Assembly (NCBI GenBank): GCA_043819135.1
Contig: JBDRFG010000008.1
Span: forward strand, 29,004 to 93,003
Source of the DNA: Candidatus Eiseniibacteriota bacterium
GTDB taxonomy: Bacteria > Joyebacterota > Joyebacteria > Joyebacterales > Joyebacteraceae
DNA length: 64,000 bases
Direction: 5' to 3'
Positions within the stretch are counted from its first letter, which is position 1; each line of letters begins with the position of its first letter. The position numbers and the translations under genes are program-made. Positions 10,366 to 19,866 of the stretch are shown one piece after another. The notes below the pieces were generated by a model, which was not told the origin of the DNA, searched no databases, and saw only the letters and a list, made by a program, of their open reading frames with translations.

Positions 10366-10506
10366 GGGGCCTTCAGCAGGGCGTCGGGGTCTGGCCGGGC
10401 GCGCCCAACGTCGTCATCACCACACCGCACCGGTGCCTCCGCAAGAGCCGGCGCCGCCCTCCAGTCCCCTCACCCCGCACTATACGTTCCTGCGGGGTAG
10501 TCTCTG

Positions 10507-10522
10507 AGCAACCGCCATGCCA
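10507..10522 (-). promoter_or_regulatory. sigma54 (-24/-12) promoter
   Basis: TGGCATGGCGGTTGCT on the minus strand (GG-N10-GC). Confidence 0.7.
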
Positions 10523-10661
10523 CCGCCGACGCGGAGGCTCCAAAACGGGTCCGCGCCCGGGCAAGACCCCGCGGCGTCGTCGACTAGGGCGGCACGCCCA
10601 ATCAACAGAAGCGGGGCCCCGCCCCGAAGGCGACGCCCCACCGTGAATACGGTTGACGATT

Positions 10662-11624
10662 TCAGAGCGTACGACTGCGCCTCATGGCCGCGTACCCTTC
10701 AAGCACAACACCGAGCTTCCTGATGTTGGTCGCCAGTCTCGTGGCCTCCGCAAGCCCGCCCCTGGCGCTCCTCTCCATTAGCTCGGCCACGCGGCTACCG
10801 TCCCCCTTCTCTGTCTCGGCCGTAATGATCCTGTCAGCCGCCTTGAGCGCCGCCTCCGCGTCCTCTCGTCTCTTCTCGAGCGGACCAACGGCCTGCGAGG
10901 CGACCTGCGCCATCGTGCGGGCCGCGTCCCTGAGTCCGTTGACGGCTCTGGCCAGCGCCGCCTCATCTATGGACGGTCGCGCCACTTCGTCCACGACGGC
11001 GTCAGCCAGCAATTCCGCCTCCCGGGCGAGCGACCCGAGCGACCTCAGCCGTGCAGCGGGGTCGCCGGGCGACGGGTCGCCAGAAGCCCCTCTCGCAACT
11101 CCTGCCACCAGCCCGCGCGCCTCGCTTAGGCAACCGGCCACCTTGCGCAAGATGGCGATCTCCGCCGTCGCGCCCTCACTGAGTTCCTTGAGTGAAACGA
11201 GGAGCTCGTGCGAAGACCTCATGATCTCCGGAGCGGCGCGCTCGAGCTCCTCTATGACGTCTTTGCTCGACGTGAGCGCGGACCGAGTGTCCGTGGAATC
11301 CCTTATGAGCGTGACCAGCATGTTGATCTCGTCGTTCAGCTGACCCAGCTCATCCGTCCGCGTCAGATCTGACAGCACGCCCGTGTCGCCGTGTCGGGCC
11401 ACGTAGCAGGCGCGCGCCAGCCTCCGGATCGCCCTGGTCAGCGCATTCCCCCAGATGGCCGCGACGACGACGGAAAGGACAAGAAGACAGCCCAGCACGA
11501 TCTGGATCGCTGCGGGCTGTGCTCCACCGACGTACATCGCAAGTAGCAGCAAATCCTGTAGTACCAGGATCCCGACTACCAAGAGGACTATCTTGACCTC
11601 GATGCTGGGGCCAGTTCGTTCCAT
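10662..11624 (-). CDS. Membrane HAMP-domain protein with degenerate methyl-accepting chemotaxis-like coiled coil
   Basis: Two TM helices, HAMP motif (RTDELGQLNDEIN), Ala-rich helical cytoplasmic part. Confidence 0.7.
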   Translation of the reverse strand: MERTGPSIEVKIVLLVVGILVLQDLLLLAMYVGGAQPAAIQIVLGCLLVLSVVVAAIWGNALTRAIRRLARACYVARHGDTGVLSDLTRTDELGQLNDEINMLVTLIRDSTDTRSALTSSKDVIEELERAAPEIMRSSHELLVSLKELSEGATAEIAILRKVAGCLSEARGLVAGVARGASGDPSPGDPAARLRSLGSLAREAELLADAVVDEVARPSIDEAALARAVNGLRDAARTMAQVASQAVGPLEKRREDAEAALKAADRIITAETEKGDGSRVAELMERSARGGLAEATRLATNIRKLGVVLEGYAAMRRSRTL

Positions 11625-11726
11625 CGGACCTTCCCTATGCGGCGGGCCGTTTGAGGTGTCCGCTGCATACATGACACGCACACCAACGTGTGTGCGAGAT
11701 CCCTCTCTGCACTCTCCCTTGGATTC

Positions 11727-11742
11727 TGCAAGTAGCATGCCA
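11727..11742 (-). promoter_or_regulatory. sigma54 (-24/-12) promoter
   Basis: TGGCATGCTACTTGCA on the minus strand, ~100 bp upstream of the HAMP gene. Confidence 0.75.
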
Positions 11743-11787
11743 GCAGGATGCGGCGCCCAAGCGCCCAGGCAGGCGGTATTCCGCCGC

Positions 11788-12576
11788 TCAGCCCAATTCG
11801 TACAGTTCGGGCCTGCGATCCGCGAAGATGTCGTTGGTCTCAGTGACCGCCTTGTTGCGGGCGAGTGTTGGGTCGATATCGACCACGAACACGCCCTCCC
11901 CATCCACGTCAGCGCGCGTCAGGATCTCACCCTTGGGGGCGACCACCTGGCTTCTGCCTGTGAAGGTGAACTCACTGCCCGCTCGGGACTCGGTCCCCAC
12001 CCTGTTCGACGTCAGAGCGAACACGCTGTTCTCGATGCATCGCGTCACCATCGCATCCTGGCAGAACGGCAGGACCAGGTTCGTGGAATGACAGAGGATG
12101 TCCGCGCCCTTGAGAGCCAGCGTGCGCGCTATCTCGGGGAATATCCAGTCGAAACAGATCATCATGCCCAGCCTGACGCCGTCGACCTCTACGACCGACG
12201 GGCACCTGTCACCCGGGTCGAATATCCTCTTCTCGTTATGGAAGAGCTGCACCTTGCGATATACGGAGACAGTCCCATCAGGAGGAACAAGGATCGAGGA
12301 GTTGTAGAGCCTGTCCCCCGCCCTCTCCGCGAAGCCAAGCACGATCGTCGCGTTCTTCTCGGCGGCCATTGCAGCCACACCCTGAAAATCATTGCCACCC
12401 GGGTCCTGCGAGAGCGACATCGCCTCGTCCCTCGACTCGAAGATATAGCCCGAAAGAACAAGCTCGGGCAGCACGAACAGATGGGCGTCTTCGTCAGCGA
12501 TCATCGAGAGCAGCCTCTCGAGGTTCCCATTGATGTCCCCGAACTCCGGCCGGAACTGCACAACGCCTGCTCTCAT
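11788..12576 (-). CDS. Nitrilase / carbon-nitrogen hydrolase family protein
   Basis: Glu-Lys-Cys triad motifs LPEL, YRK and ICFDWIFPE. Confidence 0.92.
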   Translation of the reverse strand: MRAGVVQFRPEFGDINGNLERLLSMIADEDAHLFVLPELVLSGYIFESRDEAMSLSQDPGGNDFQGVAAMAAEKNATIVLGFAERAGDRLYNSSILVPPDGTVSVYRKVQLFHNEKRIFDPGDRCPSVVEVDGVRLGMMICFDWIFPEIARTLALKGADILCHSTNLVLPFCQDAMVTRCIENSVFALTSNRVGTESRAGSEFTFTGRSQVVAPKGEILTRADVDGEGVFVVDIDPTLARNKAVTETNDIFADRRPELYELG

Positions 12577-12682
12577 TGCTCATCCTCCTCGTGTGCCCGC
12601 ACAGCATACGTAATCCATCAAGAATTGGGGTCTGAGGTCAGATTTCTGCACCACGACCGTCACGTTCCTGAACCTCACCGGG

Positions 12683-12698
12683 TGGCGTGCTTCTTGCA
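12683..12698 (+). promoter_or_regulatory. sigma54 (-24/-12) promoter, distal
   Basis: TGGCGTGCTTCTTGCA. Confidence 0.65.
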
Positions 12699-12795
12699 GT
12701 AAGGCCCGGTAGCCGGCGCCTTCCGCCGCCCACAAATCGTGCGCTCTCTCACCGTTAGCGGCCAGGAGCGAGTGGACGCTCGGGAATCCGCAGCC

Positions 12796-12811
12796 GGGTA
12801 CGGAATTTGCT
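12796..12811 (+). promoter_or_regulatory. sigma54 (-24/-12) promoter, proximal
   Basis: GGGTACGGAATTTGCT, 49 bp upstream of ATG 12860. Confidence 0.55.
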
Positions 12812-12859
12812 TTTGGGGCCACGACAGCACGGAGGTCTTCACCTCACGGGTATCGGATA

Positions 12860-13675
12860 ATGGCAGAACGAACACATCGAGCCAAGACGAAAGAATCGTC
12901 GACCCGCACTCGCGGCAGCCGGCGCAAGAGCAAGAAGCTGAACCTGGGCGCCGATGTCCAGACTTCATACTTCTTCATGCTCAACTGCCTGCTGCACTCC
13001 AGGGTCAATATCGGGATAGAGTCCAACTCAGAGGTGTACGACGAAGACGTCAACGTCTACCTCGCCCACCTGCTGAACGCTCACATCGACCCGAGATACC
13101 TCCTCAGGGTCTCCCGCTACGTGGCACCGACAGATGCCGACGTCGCAACCTCCTTGAGCTGCAACGCAGACTACCGTAGCCGGTACGAGACCTACAAGGC
13201 CAACGCCGACTTCCTTCTCATGGCCGTCAGCGTGTTCGACTTGTTCGACGAACCACGGCACAGCCGCCCCCATCAGCTCAGAACGCCCAAGCAGGTGTAC
13301 ATAGGAAGGGCCTCGATCTATTACTCCCTCGCGTCGTCGTACGCCACCAAGCTGGCACACGGAGAGAGCCCCATCGCGGACACTCTCCTCAAGCTGTCGG
13401 ACGGCATCGACGACTACGTGAAGATCCTCTCATACATGCGGGGGCAGTACCTGGATTTCATCAGGAGATACTCCCCGGGCGAGCTGTTTCATCTGGACCG
13501 TGCGCTCGAGAAGATCGAGAAGGACGAGACCATCGAACAGCTGCGCAACGAGTTCCTCGACACCTACCACGCCTGGATGAAGACCGGTGTGCCGGAACTC
13601 AAGCGTAAGCTCGAGGAGCAGGCGAAGCTCCTGAGGGAGGTGGACCCGACGTTCGAGTTCACTCCGCCGCGCTAG
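12860..13675 (+). CDS. Hypothetical all-helical protein
   Basis: 271-aa ORF with natural composition, basic N-terminus and a strong terminator downstream. Confidence 0.8.
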   Translation: MAERTHRAKTKESSTRTRGSRRKSKKLNLGADVQTSYFFMLNCLLHSRVNIGIESNSEVYDEDVNVYLAHLLNAHIDPRYLLRVSRYVAPTDADVATSLSCNADYRSRYETYKANADFLLMAVSVFDLFDEPRHSRPHQLRTPKQVYIGRASIYYSLASSYATKLAHGESPIADTLLKLSDGIDDYVKILSYMRGQYLDFIRRYSPGELFHLDRALEKIEKDETIEQLRNEFLDTYHAWMKTGVPELKRKLEEQAKLLREVDPTFEFTPPR

Positions 13676-13740
13676 AGCACACGAGCAATCTCAAGGTCTG
13701 TTGACGCGCGCCGCACGCAGGACGAAGTGCCCACAGGCGA

Positions 13741-13771
13741 AACGACCCTCCTCAAACCGAGGAGGGTCGTT
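13741..13771. terminator. Probable bidirectional intrinsic terminator
   Basis: Perfect 13-bp stem AACGACCCTCCTC-aaacc-GAGGAGGGTCGTT between convergent genes. Confidence 0.75.
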
Positions 13772-13834
13772 CGCGTTCTTCATGCATACTTCCAAAGGAG
13801 TAGCGCAGAAGATGCCGGCGGATCGTTCCCGACG

Positions 13835-14491
13835 CTACCTCGCCGGAATGGTCAGTACCTTCCCCACTGGGATGACGTTGGGGTTCGAGATGCCGTTGGC
13901 CTGCACTATGTCCGCCACCGTCACACGGTACTGCTGCGCGATCTGCGCGAGCGTCTCGCCACTCTTAACCTCGTGAGTGTAGCCGGTGGCCATCGAGGCG
14001 ACCGAGGTCCTGAGCGCGTCAACGTCCTGTCTGAGACGCCGGTTCTCGTCCGTAACCTCTTCCAGGACGATCTCCATCCGGCGCATCATGTCGTCGCGGT
14101 CTTCCTGTCGACCTGAATCGACGGTCCTGATGCGGTCCTCCAGCTCGATACCGAGCTGCTGCTGGCCGTCCCGGACCGCCTCCAGCCCCCTGGAGAAATC
14201 AGTGTCAAGACCCGACAGCTGCCCCGATATCTGGTCAAATTGATATCGGAGCGCGCCGTTCTCTTCTTCCAGAGCGGCGATTCGCCCCTCCATATAGAGG
14301 ACCTTCTCAGACAGGCTCGCCTGACCGCGCGAGAATTCCTCCGACGCCTCCCACACGTCCCTCTTCACAGCCAGTCCGCCCGTGCCGCAGCCCGTCAGCG
14401 ACAGGCTCAGCGTTACCACGAGTGCGACCGCTGTCGCTCCGTGCAGTCCGGATGCGCGCAGGCCGGCACCCGGGCAGGATGCTTTTCTCAT
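13835..14491 (-). CDS. Lipoprotein with coiled coil and C-terminal LysM domain
   Basis: Lipobox LSLTGC; LysM HEVKSGETLAQIA...NPNVIPVGKVLTIP. Confidence 0.88.
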   Translation of the reverse strand: MRKASCPGAGLRASGLHGATAVALVVTLSLSLTGCGTGGLAVKRDVWEASEEFSRGQASLSEKVLYMEGRIAALEEENGALRYQFDQISGQLSGLDTDFSRGLEAVRDGQQQLGIELEDRIRTVDSGRQEDRDDMMRRMEIVLEEVTDENRRLRQDVDALRTSVASMATGYTHEVKSGETLAQIAQQYRVTVADIVQANGISNPNVIPVGKVLTIPAR

Positions 14492-14568
14492 GTTCCGTCC
14501 CTCCGCCGGTCAGATACGTGTTCGGCGCGGGGGGACACCCCGTCACGCCGACAGACGTTGCGCGCAGC

Positions 14569-15102
14569 CTACATCGAGACCGCGAAGTGTGCCCTGCGGT
14601 TCTGGGACCACGCATCTTCCGTGCTGCCAAATGCAGCCGGCCTCTCCTCACCGTAGCTGATGGTGGTCAGCCTTCCGGAGTCGATGCCGAGACCTACGAG
14701 ATAGCGCCGCGCCGCGAGCGCCCGCTGCTCACCGAGTGCCATGTTGTACTCGTTGGTGCCGCGCTCGTCGCAGTGTCCCTCGATCAGAACGCGTGCTTCA
14801 GGATTCTCATTCAGCCACGAGCCGATTCTCTCGAGCGTGCCTGTGTCACGGTCGAGCACGCGGTACTGGTCGAATTCGAAGTAGATGTCCGCGAACTCCT
14901 TGCTCAGAACGTCGACGTAGATGGCGTCATCGCGCTCTCCGAGCCCAATGTCACCGCTGACGACTCCCTCGATGTCCTCGACCACGTCAGGCTCGATGGT
15001 GATGTCTTCCATGATCTCTTCCTTGGAGCCGCATCCGGAAAGCGAGAGGGCGAGGACGACGGCGAGCGAACCCATCAGCAGAAGAGCGAGAGTCTTCTTC
15101 AT
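14569..15102 (-). CDS. pal: Peptidoglycan-associated lipoprotein Pal
   Basis: Lipobox LSGC; IEGHCDERGTNEYNMALGEQRA, SYGEERP and NRRAHF. Confidence 0.95.
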   Translation of the reverse strand: MKKTLALLLMGSLAVVLALSLSGCGSKEEIMEDITIEPDVVEDIEGVVSGDIGLGERDDAIYVDVLSKEFADIYFEFDQYRVLDRDTGTLERIGSWLNENPEARVLIEGHCDERGTNEYNMALGEQRALAARRYLVGLGIDSGRLTTISYGEERPAAFGSTEDAWSQNRRAHFAVSM

Positions 15103-15141
15103 TCCGTTCCTCCTTCTTGGAACTCGGTTAGCGTTTGGAGA

Positions 15142-16449
15142 CTAGAACGACCAGGCTGGACTCAGGTAGTCCCCGCCGCCGCTCGTCAGTCTCAGTGGTT
15201 CCAGTTCGTAAATGTCCAGCATGTAGAGGTTCGACTTGCCTCCGGACTTCATGCTGTAGACGAGGTGTCGTCCGTCAGGAGCCCAGGATGGATCCTCCTT
15301 GTTCTCCCAACCCGTCGTTAGCCGTACCACCTCCTTGGTCTCAACGTCAACCGTGCAAATCTGAAACACCCCATCTGCCTTCGAAGTATACGCTATCAGA
15401 TCGCCCTTGGGCGACCAATCCGGAGATGTATTGTACCCCCCGGTGTAGGTCAGACGCTCGGCAGTGCCGCCGGTCGAGTTCATGACGTAGACCTGAGGGG
15501 AGCCCGACCGGTCGGAGACGAACGCGATCTTACGGCCGTCGGGCGACCAGCACGGAGACGATTCGGTGCTTCTGTCGAACGTGAGCCTCTTCGGGGCGCT
15601 GCCGTCGGCCTTCAGCCTGTATATCTCCGTGTTGCCGTCGTGCGACAGCGACATCGCGATATCGTTCCCGCGCGGGGAGACCGCGACGAAGGCGTTCAGC
15701 CCTGGGAACGACGTCAGCCTCACCGGTGTTCCGGACGAGACCTGGATCGCGCAGGCTTCCTGTCTCTGGTCCCGGAATCTCGTGTAGGCCAGGCGATCGT
15801 TGCCCGGGAACCACTCGGGGTAGACGGTCAGCATGTCGTCCATGGTGACCCTGCGGCGATTCTCCCCGTCGTAGTCCATCACGTAGACCTGCTTGATGCC
15901 GGTCACGTTGGACACGAACGCGATCTTGGACAGCGCTATCCCGTGCTCGCCCGCTATCAGCGCCACTATGTCGTTCGAGAGGGTGTGCACGGCGTCGCGC
16001 CACTGCCCGGCCTTCCCGGCGTACGTGCGCTTCAGGATGGCCTTGCCCTGCCCGAGTTCGTAGACCGTCGCCTCCATGCTGAATTCGGACAGACCGGCAT
16101 CGAACGAGCCCTTGACCAGGATCTCGCTGCCGAGGGCAATCCACTCCGGGAACAGGACGCGCCCCACCGCTCTGTCCTGCGCCTCCGTCTCGTCGACGAA
16201 CTCGAGGTTCTCGACCACGCTGAAGTGGCCCGAGTTCGAGAGGTCGAAGATAAGAACGTCGCGAATGTCCGACCCTTCGACCATACTGCCAGTTCCCTTG
16301 AAGAGCGGCAGCGCAACCGCGATCTTCTCACCGAACCCCTTCTCGATGCTGAGATACACGTCCTCCGCACGCGCCGCGCCCTCCAATGCCAGAAGGAGCA
16401 CGACCGCCAGCGCGCACTGAATTGTGATGCTGTGTCGAATGAAGCGCAA
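15142..16449 (-). CDS. tolB: Tol-Pal beta-propeller protein TolB
   Basis: TolB N-domain plus PD40 repeats (SPCWSPDGRKIAFVSDRSG). Confidence 0.93.
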   Translation of the reverse strand: MRFIRHSITIQCALAVVLLLALEGAARAEDVYLSIEKGFGEKIAVALPLFKGTGSMVEGSDIRDVLIFDLSNSGHFSVVENLEFVDETEAQDRAVGRVLFPEWIALGSEILVKGSFDAGLSEFSMEATVYELGQGKAILKRTYAGKAGQWRDAVHTLSNDIVALIAGEHGIALSKIAFVSNVTGIKQVYVMDYDGENRRRVTMDDMLTVYPEWFPGNDRLAYTRFRDQRQEACAIQVSSGTPVRLTSFPGLNAFVAVSPRGNDIAMSLSHDGNTEIYRLKADGSAPKRLTFDRSTESSPCWSPDGRKIAFVSDRSGSPQVYVMNSTGGTAERLTYTGGYNTSPDWSPKGDLIAYTSKADGVFQICTVDVETKEVVRLTTGWENKEDPSWAPDGRHLVYSMKSGGKSNLYMLDIYELEPLRLTSGGGDYLSPAWSF

Positions 16450-16535
16450 CGTGACCTGCCTTTCAGTCTACGTCCCGGCGCCCGCTCTGGTCGGTTGCCT
16501 GCGTGCCCGACCCGCCATCGCGCGACGGGAATGCG

Positions 16536-17237
16536 TCACCGTGTGACCGTGAAGTCTATCGTTACGTCCAGGCGATCCCCGAGGTATGTGCCCGGGAGCT
16601 CGGCGAACGGAGCCGAGGAACGGACGGCCGCCAGCGCTGACTGGTCGACCGTGGGCCAGTTGGACGAGCGCGAGATCCTGAGATTCGTGATGGCGCCCGT
16701 GCGCAGGACCGTGAACGACACTCTCGCCGTCGGGACATCGCCCCCGGTGAACCGGGAACTCGGCTGCTTCCAGTTCCTGGTTATCTTCCCTTGCAGCATA
16801 GTCAGGTAGTAGTCGGCCACGACCTTCCCGGCGCTTATCTTCGTGCCGCCCGAGGGGGCCTGTGGCGCAGGCGTGTCCTCGCGAGGCGTCTCCTTCGGGC
16901 GACTCGCGTCCTCTTGCTTGAGCCTCTCCGCTATCCGCTCCTCGAGGCTCTTCTCGACACGCTTCGGCGGTGGCGCGACGACGTTGCGGACCGGCCGCTT
17001 CACGGGCTCCTCGGGGATAAGATCTTCCTCCGGTGGCGTCTCCGCCGGCGCGGCCTCGGGTTCACGGACCGTCTCCTCCACGACCTCCTCCGCCAGCGCC
17101 TCCCGTGGGAGGTCGACCAGTTCCACGGCGTAGACCTCCATGGCAAGCGGTTGTCTCGTCCCGAGACTCGGAAGGATCGGCATGAGGGCCATCAGGGCCA
17201 CATGCACCGCCGCAGATATGATGAAGACCCTTCGCAT
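16536..17237 (-). CDS. tolA: TolA/TonB-family energy transducer
   Basis: N-terminal anchor with SxxxH, Pro/Glu-rich linker, TonB_C-like domain; lies between tolR and tolB. Confidence 0.8.
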   Translation of the reverse strand: MRRVFIISAAVHVALMALMPILPSLGTRQPLAMEVYAVELVDLPREALAEEVVEETVREPEAAPAETPPEEDLIPEEPVKRPVRNVVAPPPKRVEKSLEERIAERLKQEDASRPKETPREDTPAPQAPSGGTKISAGKVVADYYLTMLQGKITRNWKQPSSRFTGGDVPTARVSFTVLRTGAITNLRISRSSNWPTVDQSALAAVRSSAPFAELPGTYLGDRLDVTIDFTVTR

Positions 17238-17256
17238 GTCGTGCGTCCCCGTCCGC

Positions 17257-17667
17257 CTAGTCGGCCGGCTTCGTGGCCATCGCGAGCCTGGAGATCCCCA
17301 CTCCCCTGACCGTATCGAGAACCTCCACGACCTTGCCGTACCGGAGGTCCGTGTCCGCCTTGATGAGCACGGCCACGTCCTCTCTCGCGGCGTGGATGTT
17401 CGCGAGACGTTCTGCCAGCTCCTCCAGCGTCACGCGCTGCCCCTCGAGGTAGACGCGTTCGTTGTCCGCCACCGAGATGGTCAGCACCTCCGCCACGTCT
17501 ATCCTCTTCGGATCCGCCGTCGGCAGCGTGATGTCTATGCCCTGCTCGATCATCGGTGCGACAATGATGAAGATGATCAGGAGCGTCATCATCACGTCAA
17601 CCAGCGACGTCACGTTGATCTCGCTGACCAGGTTCAGGTCGTACTGGCGTTTCCGTCTTCTGCTCAC
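17257..17667 (-). CDS. tolR: TolR/ExbD
   Basis: EINVTSLVDVMMTLLIIF; IKAD..LRYG. Confidence 0.9.
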   Translation of the reverse strand: MSRRRKRQYDLNLVSEINVTSLVDVMMTLLIIFIIVAPMIEQGIDITLPTADPKRIDVAEVLTISVADNERVYLEGQRVTLEELAERLANIHAAREDVAVLIKADTDLRYGKVVEVLDTVRGVGISRLAMATKPAD

Positions 17668-17680
17668 AGACCGTCTCCGC

Positions 17681-18367
17681 CTACCTTGCGCCGAAGTTCC
17701 TCTCGACCGTTGAAAGGAACTCCGAGGAGAAGTTCTCCATGCGCTGCGTAAGGTTTCTGACGCTGTTCATCAGGTAGTTGTACCCTATCAGGGCCGGGAT
17801 CGCCACGGCTAGGCCGGCCACGGTGGTCGTCAGGGCCGCCGACACTCCTGGCGCCACGCTGCTGATGCTGGCACTGCCAGTCATGGACATCGCCGCGAAC
17901 GCCTTCATGATCCCCCAGACGGTCCCAAACAGGCCGACGAACGGCGCGACGCCCGCGGTGGTCGCAAGGACGATCAGATACGCGCGCAGTTCCATCACCT
18001 GTTCCGATATCGCGGTTTCGAGACTGCGTTCGAGGCCGTCCATCTGAACCATGGACAGCGAACGGCGCGCCTGCATGCGGTCCTTCCCTCCGAGGATCAT
18101 CGTCAGTTCCGCGAGTCCGGCCTCGAATACAGCCGCGAACGGTGAGACACCGAACCCAGCGCGGTCGGCGTAGTGTTCCACCATGTCATCGGGGGCTTCC
18201 CGGAACTTCGCGAGAAACGCGAACGACCTCTTGCTGGCTCTGCGAATGACGCCGTTCTTATAGATGATGATCGCCCACGCGAAGATAGAAACAAAGAACA
18301 GCAGGAAGACGATGAGCTTCCCCATCACTCCTGACTGGCCTATGCTTGCCAAGAATCCCGTCCCCAA
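17681..18367 (-). CDS. tolQ: TolQ (MotA/TolQ/ExbB family)
   Basis: APFVGLFGTVWGIM; ALTTTVAGLAVAIPA. Confidence 0.92.
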   Translation of the reverse strand: MGTGFLASIGQSGVMGKLIVFLLFFVSIFAWAIIIYKNGVIRRASKRSFAFLAKFREAPDDMVEHYADRAGFGVSPFAAVFEAGLAELTMILGGKDRMQARRSLSMVQMDGLERSLETAISEQVMELRAYLIVLATTAGVAPFVGLFGTVWGIMKAFAAMSMTGSASISSVAPGVSAALTTTVAGLAVAIPALIGYNYLMNSVRNLTQRMENFSSEFLSTVERNFGAR

Positions 18368-18378
18368 CGTTATGTCTC

Positions 18379-19809
18379 CTATTCTGCGTCGGACGAATTC
18401 GCGCCCAACGTATCTGTAGCAGATTCCAGGTATTCGAGCCAGCGCTCCTCAACGGCGTCGAGCGAGTCACCGAACGCGGACTCAATGAGCGCTCCAGCTA
18501 CGTCCGATCGTCCCGCGGAATCAGCGTAGAGATCTCGCAGGGCCTCGATTCCCTTCTCGTGAAAAAGGAAGTCCATCAACGAGCCCGCCGCAGGCTGCGA
18601 GAGCCTCTCGTCAAGCCGCACAAACATGGCAGCGTCGACCAGCATATCAAGGTCCGGCAAGACCTTACGCCCGAGCAGGTCGGCCCCCTCTTCGCGCACC
18701 GGTCTGCCGCCCCACGTTCTCCCCGCGTAGACAGCCAAGCCGTCGCGAATCAGTGGAGTATACAGTCTGCCCTGCGCCCGCGCACTCACGAGCTTGAACA
18801 TCTCCCGCGTCAGCGCTGCCTCCGAACCGCCGACCCACGCCACATGCACGGCACCCGCCCATTCGACACGGTGCGCAATAGCTGGGTTGTCAGTCACCCT
18901 GAGTTTCTCCTCAAGGGATGCGTAAAGATAGCAGTCTATTCGCTTGTCGAACCCCGTGTCCTTCTGTCCCCCTGGATCCGCGTCCGTCAGTTCCTTGACA
19001 CGCTCCCTCGTCCGCGCGCAGGCCTCAAGGATCTCCTCAAGCGTCTCCTCGAAAACGTCACTCTCATAGCGAAGCACGACACTCTGAGACTCTCGCCACG
19101 ACCAGTCAGAGAACGGATTGACGCTGCGGATCGCTTCGCCTCTTCCCATCCAGCCGAGACCCAGCACGGAGATGACACCAAAGATCGCTGCCGCCATACG
19201 AGCACGACGGCGGGGTAGTCCGAACACTGATTCGCCCGAGATACCGAGAAGAACGAGAAACCAGATGACCGCAAGATCTGATTGGCTGGCGACTCCCCAG
19301 AGGAAGGGCGACGACGCCTTGTCGACAGTGAAGGTGAGATTTAGCCCCGACATCGCGGTATGCGTGAATGGGATGAGCGCCGTGAGAAGGATCGCAGAAA
19401 CTCCTATCGGTACCGACGCGTGGCAGACCGCGGAGAACGCGCGGCGGAAGGTGCCACGTCCACCTAGCAGCCGCGCCACAACCATAAAGAGAAGTGTCTG
19501 TAGTAGTGTCGCACCCGTGACTCCGACAATGCCCGAGATCACCATGGCCGCTGGCGTGCCGCTGCGAATTTCGACGGGGTCGTTCCCGGTCAGGAGAGCC
19601 CGCAGCTCTACCTCCTCGTCCATGAACCCCGCCGAGAAGGCGAGCAGACCGCTCAATACCGCTGCGGATATCACGAACGCGAGCGGCAGGATCCAGTGCG
19701 GCCGCTCCGTCAATCGCCGGAACGTACGACCGGGAAAGACCAGAATAAGAGTGAGCGCGGCCAGTGGGTTCAGTGGGCGCGTCTCGGTGGAGGATGCATC
19801 GGTTGTCAC
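18379..19809 (-). CDS. YIP1-family membrane domain fused to a degenerate peptidase MA-like domain
   Basis: N-terminal P..TF..L...P.W..PL with ~5 TMs; C-terminal TREMFK...DGLAVY resembling HExxH...EGLAxY. Confidence 0.65.
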   Translation of the reverse strand: MTTDASSTETRPLNPLAALTLILVFPGRTFRRLTERPHWILPLAFVISAAVLSGLLAFSAGFMDEEVELRALLTGNDPVEIRSGTPAAMVISGIVGVTGATLLQTLLFMVVARLLGGRGTFRRAFSAVCHASVPIGVSAILLTALIPFTHTAMSGLNLTFTVDKASSPFLWGVASQSDLAVIWFLVLLGISGESVFGLPRRRARMAAAIFGVISVLGLGWMGRGEAIRSVNPFSDWSWRESQSVVLRYESDVFEETLEEILEACARTRERVKELTDADPGGQKDTGFDKRIDCYLYASLEEKLRVTDNPAIAHRVEWAGAVHVAWVGGSEAALTREMFKLVSARAQGRLYTPLIRDGLAVYAGRTWGGRPVREEGADLLGRKVLPDLDMLVDAAMFVRLDERLSQPAAGSLMDFLFHEKGIEALRDLYADSAGRSDVAGALIESAFGDSLDAVEERWLEYLESATDTLGANSSDAE

Positions 19810-19866
19810 GAGGGCTTCCGCTCCTTGGACGCAATGCCGGGACGAATGGCCGGCGGGGATTGTCAG

